A stretch of DNA of 64,000 nt from Candidatus Altimarinota bacterium. GTDB lineage: Bacteria > Patescibacteriota > Gracilibacteria > 1-14-2-50-48-13. How positions within the stretch are numbered: the first letter of the stretch is position 1; each line of letters begins with the position of its first letter. A model generated the notes under the pieces. That model saw only the letters and a program-made list of their open reading frames with translations, was not told where the DNA came from and searched no databases. The translations under genes and the position numbers were made by a program. Positions 14,401 through 26,400 of this stretch are shown here, piece after piece. The DNA is taken from the NCBI GenBank assembly GCA_046314355.1, contig JBKBWQ010000001.1, positions 480,001 through 544,000 of the forward strand, given 5' to 3'.

Positions 14401-17400
14401 TTAGAGGTTGCTTCAGAGGCAGTAGTCACAATACCTGAGACAAAACTCTGTACATTTCCAGTCACCATCTTATTCCACTGTTCTGCAGTAGTTTTTACTA
14501 AATCAGTAAGAGCAGTATACGGCTTCTTATTTACCAGATTGATATACCCTGAAATCTTTATCTGATCAATTCCCGGAAGCACTATGTCAGAGGATTTATT
14601 TTCTTTTATCTTGAAAAGTGTCGTACCTCTTGTAAGTTTTTCGATCTGTGAAGCAAGCTGCCACTCAGGTATTGGTATAAGATTTTTACGCACAAGACAG
14701 ATATTCTGTAGGATCTTATCAAGAATCTGAATAGTTGTAGTAATAGTAGCATCAAGCTTTGGTATGATAGGAGGAGGCGGAAGGTCTGCAAGTTTTGGCA
14801 GATCAAGCTGAGGGAACTCAGGAAGATCCGGCAGATCAGGTAATGCAGGAAGTACAGGAAACCTTACATTAATACCATTCTTCATCATAAGGGAGAGATC
14901 CTGCTGAGAAATACTTGATTCCAAAGATATATTCGGGAATGTAATAGGCGAGAGTTTTGGAATCTGAAAGTCTACTGGGCGAAGTTTGATATCAGGAATG
15001 GTAATTCTCATCTGCGCACGCACATTTGAGAAGTCCACAACGATATCAGGCCATCTCGGGACACGTATCACTGGAATATCAGGGATAATATTTCCTAACG
15101 CATCAAGGGTACTTGCAAGAGCAGAGCCCTTATCGTTTACACAGTCAGCACAGGAGTTTCTATAGTTTTGGAAAACATCCACAACTATCTGGAAAGTTTT
15201 ACTGTAGTTTTTGATCTGATATATTGCTTTTTTCCAGTTATTTATGATCTTTTGCTGGCGGGTAATATATCCGGAAAGAAAATCAATCACACCAGTGGTA
15301 GTCTCCACAAGACGTCCAACTGTATATGATTTCCATTGAACATATTTTTTGAACTTCACCTGAATGTTTGCGTACTGATTCAGTCTCTCAAGGTTTTTTT
15401 GAAGCCCCTGAATATTCACCCAGGCATCAGATCCTACTCTTGCTACAGCAAGACATCTTATGCTGATATCTGCTCCTGTACTCACACTTCCATTTGTATC
15501 AATAGTAGGAACTCTCGGGGTACCGCTTGCCTGCATTCTTGGTATAATGCTGAAATTTGGCTCAGAGATCGTATTATATGCTTTAGGATCATCAAAGAAA
15601 CAATCTGCATTTGCCTTATAAAAATTCTGGAAATTCTCAATAGACTGATCCATGGCGTATTGGATGTTCTGCTTTATTTCAAAAAACTTTTCCGGAGCAA
15701 TCCACGGATATTCGAATACCACTTCCTCATGAGTAATATTCACAAGAGGAATTTTGCTTAAGAAATCAAGAGCGTCTCCTATGCCCTTCTGCTTCATAAG
15801 GAAAGAATTTACAAGACTAGGATCGGAAACTTGACCTGATAGCTCTGTATACCAGCTTGCATCTTGCAGTACATTCTGCATCTGCTGACCGATAAAATCT
15901 CCTTCACAATTGATATCTCCCTGCACATTATTAAGCGTAGTATTTACATAATCCTTTGCACTTGAGAGTCCTTCAGCAGTTTTTGAAATAAGATCATCGA
16001 TATTCTGCACCGTTTGGTTATTTGTATCTGTTCGAGTCTGAGCCTTTTGATCCATACGTGCCAGACAGCGTTCTCTCGTAGCTGCGATAGCCTGTTGTTC
16101 TTTAGCCGCAATCATGGAACGGATCTGATCATCAGTAGCACTAGAAGAAAGGAGAAGGAGCTCTTCCTTTGCTATCGTAAGGAGATTTGCACGGTTCTTG
16201 GCATTTATCTCTGTCTCGACCTCAATATAGGTCTTGTTTATCACTTGAGTTCTAAGAGCATCTTCCTTGAGGGTTGTAGATCCACTTATATTCAGTTCAG
16301 CAGCTCTTCTTCTTAGCGTTGCAAGATCCATGCTATTTACTTCCTGCAATGCATCCTTCTTTTCTTCATTAAGCACAAGAGTCTTCAATGCCCCATCAGG
16401 AACATTTTCATCTACAATACCAAGACTTTTTGCCTTGGATTCAAGAGTAGCTCTTGTATCATTTTTAGTTTTAGCTTCAAGGGCAGCTTTCTCAGCAGCA
16501 GTTGGGTCTGGTTTTAATGCATTCTCAGACATAGTAGCAGCACCTTTGATCACATTTCCGATCAGACTTCTTGGATCCGGAAGACGTATATAGATAGTAG
16601 GTATTTTCAAAAGCTTGAGGAGTTCTTCCATCTGTCTCTCCACCCAGTCCATCGGTATCTTTGGAAATCCTCCTGCATGTTTATTATAAGAAGTATTTGG
16701 TGCAGAACTATTCTTTGCAAGTGTTGCAAACTGCTCCATATAACTTGGAGTCAAAGCAGGATCATTAAATTCATAATGGTATGCTATAAACGCTCCATCT
16801 GGTTCAGCACCTGCCTCAGCGATTCCTCTTTTCTTTACTCGTGCAGCAGCATAGGCACCGCCTCCGATCATCTCAGTAGCTGCTGTAACCACTCCTGTCA
16901 AAGCACTTTCAAGACTTTGACATAACTTCACAAGATCAAATACATCTGGAAGAATAAATGGGTAACAATTTGCATTTGGAAGTGGAGTTACAACACCTAC
17001 AAGCGCAGAGGTATCTGCCATACCGAAATCAAATGGTCCTACACACACAGCCATCGCCATACGTGCTGAGAGTGTCACAGAGAAATAGACACGAATTTGA
17101 GACAGACTTTTACTATTAAAGTATGTCCCATCCGGAGGCCATACTGGCACTAGACCTGTAGGAGTTGGGAAAGCAAATACTGGAATATCCGGTCCTTCAA
17201 AGAGTTCTGATTTACCCGGCACGAGGAAGGCCTTATTTTTTGGGAATAGTCCGCATCCTCCAAAGTAGCAGTTATTTTCTGACAACCGTTTGTTCACTTG
17301 ATCCAGAGCGGTAGATGCTCCTTGAGCTAACTGAGATACCCCGCCTGTTACGGCACCAGCAATATCTATATCTCCAGCTTTGACTACAGCAGCATTTTTA

Positions 17401-20400
17401 TACTCAGGTTTAACTACTATCTCATTATCCCAAAGATCCGGGATACCATCTTCATCTTTATCTGTAGAAGTTGCAGTCTGAAGAGTCTTGCCAAGACCTT
17501 TTGCAAAGTCCTTTACCGCATTTTCATCCGGCTTCTTATCCGGATCCTTCTGAATGAGATTGCCGTCATCATCATACTCATATCCCATGAGCTTCGCGAG
17601 CTGATCCATGATAGGATTTCCCTCTCCCGGCTTCTGCGTTTTATCCTTGATAAATTGTTTCTCAAAAAGCGGATTACTTTCCTGATAGCGGTAATAGAAA
17701 GATCCTTTTCCTCCAAAGGTATCAGATGTTATATTAGCTCCCATACGCTTTGCCTTATCGCCGATAGCAAGATCTGCTCCTATAGCACTCAAGCCGCTAT
17801 TAATGTTTATACCTGCTGTCGCAGCCATTGCTGCAGCGGCATCTCTATAACCTAAAAGGTTTAAGTGATATTCTACAGGTTCTTCAGCAACTTCCATTTG
17901 ATAAGTAATCCGAAGTTTATCGCCATTTTTAAGAGAAAGGTTTTTGAAATACAAACTAAAGAGATTACCTCCGCCGATACCAGAGAGTGTACATTCATCA
18001 GCCAATGAGAGAACTTTCCATGCAGTCTTTCCATTTTCCTGCAATTCACAAGTGATAGATCCAGGCAAGAGGTCCATACTCAGCGGAGTCCTATCAGCAA
18101 GATCAAAACCTTTTATTTCAGGCAGCGTTGTGGATGCAGCGATCTCGTATTTGATCTTATCTCCTTTTCTGATCTTGTTTCCATTGAGATCAGTACCTCT
18201 CTTACTTACTGCAAATTGAGTCGGTGTTGATGTGATTTCATTTGTAATTATAGCTTGCTGAATATTATTTACTGGATTAAGTACTCCAATGATACCTTCG
18301 TTCATAAAAGCAAACGGATCTGTTTTTTTGAGTCTAAAAAGAATATCATCTAGTGCTGCGGTTTTTGCACCTCCAGAGCGTATATACGGCTGCTCACTTG
18401 AGACGAGCATCTTTACCATCTGATTCCGGAGACCATCTACACTGCTGAAAGTTCCTTGAGTTCCACTTAAGAATGATTCATAGCCTTTTTTACCAGGATC
18501 TTCGTTGCTGAAACTATTTGCATTTGTGACTCCCTGTCCTTCTATATTTGGTACAAATACTACATCCGGAGAAGTAGGCATAGCCTTCGGAGCCTCCGAC
18601 TGATCATACAGTTTTGTATTCTGGAAACGGATATATACATCCTCAGCTCCAAGTTCACGGTTAGACATATTTACTCCTAGCGTATCAAGTGTGATCACTT
18701 TATATGGAGTCTTTGATCCGTCAGGAAGTGTTGGAGCAATAAGCACCACTTTCAATTCTTTTTTATCTGTAATAGCAAACAAATCATCAGTACCATTACC
18801 GTCAAAATCTCCCATCTGCATATCATCCACCTTTCCTAGTTCCTTGATAGCATTTACACCCCTCTGATACATACCGTTTCCTAAATTGATGAGAGAGACT
18901 ATTGACCCGTCTGCATAACTCATTGCAGTGTTACTCTCATTTCTAGTCGCAATAATATTATCCTTTCCCGTAGAGACCATCAGATCAAGCTTATCATCAT
19001 TATCTAATTTTGTTACCAGAAGCTTCTTTATACCATCCGGTACATCAAAAATCTCACCAGTGTATTTCCACATGACAGGGTTACCTCCCATATTTTTTAT
19101 ACCAAAGATCTTTCCAGTTTTTTCTGCAAAGAGGATATCCTTGCGTCCATCGCTATCAATATCAAATACCTTTATTGTATTGATGCCGGCATGCGCATGT
19201 TCCATGATGAATTCTCCCACATCATTGGTAAACATATCATTGGTACGGTTGTCTGTAGGCTCGATCTTCAAAGAAATAACAGGATCTCCAATATTGATAA
19301 GTGCCTCTGACATATGTGGAAGAGTACTCTTACCCACACTATTTCCAGCAGCGAAGAGCAGCATATTTTTAAAATCTCCAGTCCACCCTGCACCGCTTCC
19401 AGAATCTGTAAGTGCATCCTCTACACCTATTCCAGTATTACCGGCAGTTGCAGTTTTGGATGTAGAAAGCGTTTGATCTTTTAAGACGAGTGCATATGGA
19501 TTATTCGTAGACTCACCTGTTGCTTCATACCCGATACTAAACCAGTTATCATTCACTCTTTTTTCCACAAAGACACCGTGACCATCAAGTAGCGTAAGTG
19601 CTTCCTGAGTATCTGTAAACGTTTTATCTGCTATCTGAGCTGCTGCTCTTACAGGATCAGTACTTACACTTGTACTCTCTGTGGTCCCAGAGGTAGTGGT
19701 CGTAAGTGTCGCTTTTTCTACAAAATTTGGAGTTATGATGTAGGTGAGAAGTTTTTCTCCATTTTCTTTCAGAAGAGTGAATCCCATTCCTTTTACTATA
19801 CTTGGATCATAACTTAGTTTCGTTTTTTCAAGCAGAGTTGGAGCAAGAGTAGAAGTCCATTGTGCTACAGGAGTGCCGTCCAAAGCAGCTGAAACCACAT
19901 GACCTAGAGTATCGGTAATAATCTCGACTCCCTTCTGCAGACTTCCCCATTCCTTGTGATTTATAAGTGTAAGCACATTTCCAGATGAAGGCAGGATAGC
20001 ATCTGTGCCCTTTACCGTAAGTCTCTCAGGGATTTTCGTAGTAGAGAAAGCAAGATTTGAGAATTTATAGAACTCATGGGCAATATCCACATTGAAGGCA
20101 TTCATGGAAAGATAGAGTGCAGTTGATGGAAGCGGCTGAGTAAGCGCTGTATTAATAGTAAATATATTTGGATTTTTACTTTGAAGCACACCATTTGCGC
20201 CTAGAACAAAAGCTTCATCATAACCAAAGTATACACTTTGCGTAAAGAGAACAGGATCTGCACTGAGAGATACCAATGGATCTGCAACCCGAATGTACAC
20301 TCCTGGTCTCTGGATTGCCTCTCCTATAGTGTTTTTGCCTATGTAGCGAAGAGGCGTATATCTATTATCATTTTTGTATGAAAGTACAGCAAAGGCCTTT

Positions 20401-23400
20401 GTCTCATCCGTCTCCCCCTTTGGAAGCAGTGTAAGATAAAGACCGTTCTGAGAGAGAGCAGATACTTTTATGTCAGCAAGATTTTCCGTTAATGTTCCCT
20501 GACTTACATCCTGTTTTGATATTGTCCAAAGCACTTGCTCCAGAGCATCAGTTTTTTGTATGATCTGTAATTCTGTATCATTATCTTTGACAGAGATCGT
20601 ATTTGAAAAAGTGCTTAATACTGCTGTTCTATTCTCCTTTGCAGATCTTTCCGTCTGAGCAGGGTCTTGTTTTATAGAGATCTGAGGAGCATTTTCATTC
20701 AGTGACATATAGATATTTGCCACTTTTTGAGCCGTAGCATTATCTACTAACCCCAATATTGGAGGAAGGATTTTTCCAGTCTGAGTAAGTTCATTTGTCT
20801 CAGGCACAAGATTGAAATTCTGATTGGCGTTGATGATAAAGAAAGTATCCTTTTTGAAAGACACGATTTCATCCAGATTTACATTTTTCTTTCTAATGCT
20901 GAATGCATTCTGATCTAGATAATAATTGCTATCTAGTATATCCGCATATACTCCTTGGTATGAAGGGTTGTATAAAGAGATCTCTTCGTTCTTATATGGA
21001 AGTACTCTCGTAATTGTACCTGGTTTGAGAAGTATGGAAATACTATCCAATAATGTTCCTGTGGACTTTTCATATAATGATGCTGAGTAATTGCCTTGAG
21101 TATATGATATCTTCCATGAATACGCAGCATCATTGAGCACTACGGATCCGTCACGGGTAACCTTTGCAATATTTTTTTCCTCACTTATATTCCCTTCCTC
21201 ATTTCTCTTCACTTTCCAATACACTCTATCCTGACCATCAATTCTTCTCTCAAGTGTATAGCCTTCTGCGAGGACAGCATTCTTTACTTCATTTCCAGCA
21301 AAATAAATACCAGTTGTATTCTCTCCATTATAGAGCTTCATTGGAAGTACTTGAGGAGAATAGCTTCCCTGAAGTTCAAGAAGAGTTTTCTTTTGACTAA
21401 GGTTGCTCTTATCAGAAAGAACAAGGTTCATCTGGCTATGGTTTTCCTGATATTTATACGATGCTGAATAAAGATTTCTAGATGTAAGTTCAAGTACCTT
21501 TGCTACAAATTCAGGTGGTTTTGCAACACTGAATGCGGCATTGAATTCCTTTAAATTAAATCCCGTAATAGCTCCGGCAACATCTCTATTCCATACCACA
21601 TAAGGATCAATCTTTTTTAGATATGTTCCCGGTGCTTTGTAAGCTATATTCGTGACTTCTTTATTGCCTGTAAAACGTGCAGAGAGCTTGAATGACACTT
21701 TTGCCATCACAGTAGTTCCCTGTCTTAGACTATATACATTCATATCAGGTCCCACCTGTTCTGGCACGATATTCCATGAGGCAGGAGGCAGGATTCTGTT
21801 TTCAAAGGTACTTTCTTCAAATGCCCAAAGTACACTTCCATCTGTATTCTTGATACGTACCTCACCTGCTGTTTCTTCTACTGGAAGTGTTGTTGAGACC
21901 GTACCTTTGAGCTCCTCAGCAGGTACTGCATCTTGAGTACTAGCTGTAAACTCCAGAGGCGACTCTGCAAGCTGTATGTATAAGTCTGCTATCAAAACGC
22001 TGCTGGTATTTCTAAGCTGAAGAACAAGTGGATTTTTCGTATTCAGATTTGTCTGCGTAGGATCCTTGACCGTCAGGACATATGAAGGCTGCACAACCTC
22101 AAGAAAGTGTTCAGGCAATAGTGACAGAATAAGGTCATTTGCCTTTTTTATTTCTCTAGTTACTTCATCGAAGCTGCTGCCCGTATCTTTTATCTCTATA
22201 TATACTCCCTGCTCCTTTGAAGAGTACAGGAGTGACGTCCCTTCAGAATAAGGCAATACTCGAAGCGAAGACGGATCAAGTACTAAGACGCTGTTTCCAA
22301 GTATCTTATTAGAACTTTTTTCCACAATAGAATATTTCACGACATTCGCGGCAAAGCTCCGCTTTACATCAAATCTTATATCATTAATAAGATAGCTACC
22401 GTCAGGATATATTTCCGCAGCAGTAACAGTTTCAGACTCCGTGCGGGCAGGTATGATCACCTCACCATTTTTGGATTCAGGTATGATTGTCACGAATGTT
22501 TTCTTAATACGGATTCGGTCAGCAAGTACATCCGTGTCTACTTTTTCTGGTATCTTTACACTATTTGCAAACTGCATGTCAGCAAACAGCCCTGGCTCAA
22601 CAGTATTAGATAGGATACCTACCTTTATATTCTTTGCACGGAATATCTGCTGCATACTGATAAGATCTCTTGTTTTATTTGACCGGTTGAGATCTTGAAG
22701 TGCATATGTTGATAAGATACCTCCAGAAGATGCCTGTACTTTAATAACTGGCTGAGATTTCTGGTTAGCAGCTGTATTCGCCGCTGCTATGGATGCCGGA
22801 ACATTATTCGGATTTAATATTGTATCTACACCTGCGAGGACAACATTACCGCCTAATATTGTATACAGTGGAGATGTGCTCGCTTCCAGGAATGTACCTC
22901 CCTTATATTGATCCAGCTCTGATCTTGAGACAATTACCTTGTTTACATATCTGTCTTTATCCTCCACTGGAGTTATGATATTTTTACTAGCAAGTATTTC
23001 AGTGGTTTTTTTCAGACTTTCACTAAACTGTATTCCAGTTTTTCCGGTGGATGCCTGTGCTTCATAGTTTTGAGATTCTTTTTTTGACTTTGCAGCTTCG
23101 ATATCTGATTTAAATCCCTTCGATGTTTCATAAATATTTTCCTGAGCAAGGACCACATACATATCCATGACATCAGTTCCGTCAGGAGTTTTCATGGTCA
23201 TCTCAAGCAAGTCCTTTCTGTCCGTATTTACATCAATCTCAGGAGGAAGTCCTGTCGGTAAAAACTGCAGATTATCTCCAAGTACGCCAAGCTCTTTGCC
23301 GTCATATGTAATCACCGATTGTTTTGATGCATCATTCCGGCTAATCTTTGTGTTTGCGGATTTTCTTAAATAGATACCAGGCACAGTCTGAATCTGACTC

Positions 23401-26400
23401 TCAGAAGTAATCTCCTTCACAGGGAGAGGAGCAATATTATACCGCACTCTCATAAGAGCTTTATTTGTATCCTGTTCTCTTATCTCAAGCTGAAATGGCT
23501 CACCTTGATTGTATATCGGAACTACTGCTTTATTTGTAGAGACACCGTCTCCCTGAGGTATATCTATAGCGCCATTGGGCTGCACACGCACTGATACCGG
23601 ATCCTCATGAGAAGAAATAGTAGATGCAGTCACTGCCTGACTCTTTCCGGAAAGAAGCCACCATCCTGCCATAAAGTCTTTCTTTGTAACATCGCCATAG
23701 TTTCCACCAAGCAGGTTGGTATACAGAATATTTGGCCTTAATCTCTGGATAAACTCCTTATAGAGAGTAAATCTGACTGGAATTCTTACGCTGTCCTTTG
23801 AGATAGTATCCTTTGCCTGACCTGAAAGTACGATTGTTACTTCTCCAGTAAACATAGTAGATTTTACTTTCACACGTGCTTTTCCATTTGTAAGAGTTTG
23901 TCCGTAAAATTTCTTACTTCCTGAAGGAAATACTGTGAGCTTTTCACCGTCGCTACCGTCGGATTTCACATCATAGAAATCAAGACCTTCAAAAGGAGAG
24001 AGTTCAAAAAGCACAGGATCATTCGTCTCTATGACATTTCCATATGCATCTTCTCCTTGATACTCAAGCATCATTTCCGTAAGATTTTTTCCTAACTTTG
24101 AGTCCTCAGTCTTAGGCTCTAACGGGCGCTCCACTTGAGATGTAAAGTGTACCTTTGACAAAGGTCCTGCAGTGAACTTCAAAGTAATATTTTGCGGAGA
24201 AAAGCTCTCCTGCTGATCCGTTACGGTAATGTTAGTCTCTCCTGCCTTATGTGACGGCGTAAAAGTAACTACTCCTTTTCCGTCTTTTATCTCAATTGTC
24301 TCTTCGACTTTTTCAAAGTATCCCTGATCCGCATATGATATACGGATCGTTCCATTATACGGGACAGCACTTCCAGATTTATCTGTGATAGCAATATCAG
24401 CAGTAATAGGAGCATCTTCAGTCACCGAGTAGCTTGGCTTTGCATTTCTAATTGTAGCCTTTGCCTGAAGACTTCCTTTTTTATATACTCTGAGTGACGC
24501 AGATTTTTTGATAGTATCAGAGATCTGTAGTCTCAGAGGGATGATATCTACAAAGTCAGGCGCACCTTCAGGCATTTCCCCTGCAGTCATAGTAATCTGA
24601 TTCACTTTTCCTACCATAAAATCTATTGGATTCTCAGTAGTAGTTTTGTTGCCAGGATACCCGTCCAATTTATCTCCGCTTTGAATATTAAGTGGAATAG
24701 CAGGATTCGTAGGAATAACAAACTGTGCCAACTGATCTGATATCGGCACTTCTTTTTTCTGACTATCCAAGAAAGAAAGCGTAATATGTGTTGTACCTCC
24801 TTCTATAAGTACACTCGGATTTACTTTCATATCCACAGACGCAATTTTGCTCTCAACGACCAGGAAGGTAGTTTTTACAGGTGGAAGTTCCAAAGCATCT
24901 TCCGGTGTAATTTCCACGAGATATTTTCCCGCTTCACTAGGAATAGAGAGTGGGACTGCATTCTTACCGATATTTATTCGAGATGTGAGTTTAGTATCAT
25001 TATATGGTTCAAATTCTCCTGTATCTGTATTTTCTTTCTTATATTCAATACTTACTTTGCCTGCTTTCTTCTCGAGAATATTTCCATTGGTATCTACTGC
25101 AGCAATACTTAGGGTATGGATCTTATCATCAGTAGTAAATATTGCTCCTTCACTGAAGCTCTTTTTTCCATTATCTTTTGTAGGAGAATAGAGATACGCA
25201 ACAGAAAGACTATCGCTTGTAGATTTTAATGTAAGCCAGTCAGATACGAGATCAGGAGTTAGTCTCTCAAAAGGCTGATCAGAGTTTGATGTCTTTTGTC
25301 TTACTACATGGAATCGGACCTTTCCTTCAATACCATTCGCTCCAAATGTAGGAAATATATTAAATGTTGCACTACCTTTTTCCGCCTTCTGTATTTTCTC
25401 TGCACTACTCATTGTCACCATTCTATTTGCCTGCTCATCTAGCTCTATCTGAATATAGTCAAAACTATTTCCTTCCAGTATTTGACCATCTCTTGTACGG
25501 AGTTGCGCCTGTACTTTGAGAGGCTCAATACTCTTTGTAGAAAGAATAGTTTTTTTAATATTATCTTTTCCCGATACTTTAAATGTAACTTTATCTACAT
25601 AGTCCTGTACATCTTTAAAACCATTACTGCCATCGATGATCTGAGCAGTACCATTTGTAATGACCCGTGTTTTGCTGTCAGAGAGGAAGACATTATTGTC
25701 TGATGGTGCCCCAACCATTGGCAGTCCGTCTCCATCGATATCCTGAAAAGTATTTCCAACACTCTCCGCCACTTTTCCTGCAGTCTCTCCAAATGCTTTT
25801 ACAGAATTTTCGAATTTTTTAAAATCATCAAGCAGATTAGATCCCCTTGTTACGACATCTTGTCCTGCCTCAGATATTCTCTTGGCAAAAGTCTCGTACT
25901 TTTCGTTATTATTTGGAAAAGTGATCGGCGGCGTAATAGAAGGAAGCCAGCAGTTTATAATAGCACCCGGCCACTCAAAGAGCGGTACTCCTGTTTGATT
26001 ATAGCTGCTGCCTTTCTTACAAGAAGTAACGATATCATTCGGATCTTCAACTTTTACAGCAATAGGATCAGGCATCGTGATCTGAGGCTTCTGCTCTTTT
26101 GTATAGGTAAGATTCTCAAGACCAAGAGGAACTGCATGCGGGAAAGCACTATCTGCGATAATCGTACCTGCCTCAAAACCGGTCTTATCTCCAAAGTAGG
26201 AAGGTACAACTTTTGGAGTATCTCCCTGAGAGAGGCTTTTATCAGAGCTTAGATAATTATGGAGCACATATTTATATTTTTCAGAAAGAGGCAAATGCTG
26301 CCAATAGATTGCAAATGAAAGACGCTGCTCCGCAACACTTACTTTCTTCTTATCATCTGTGATATCCTTTACGATCTCACTCTCTTTCAGTGCTTTATCA

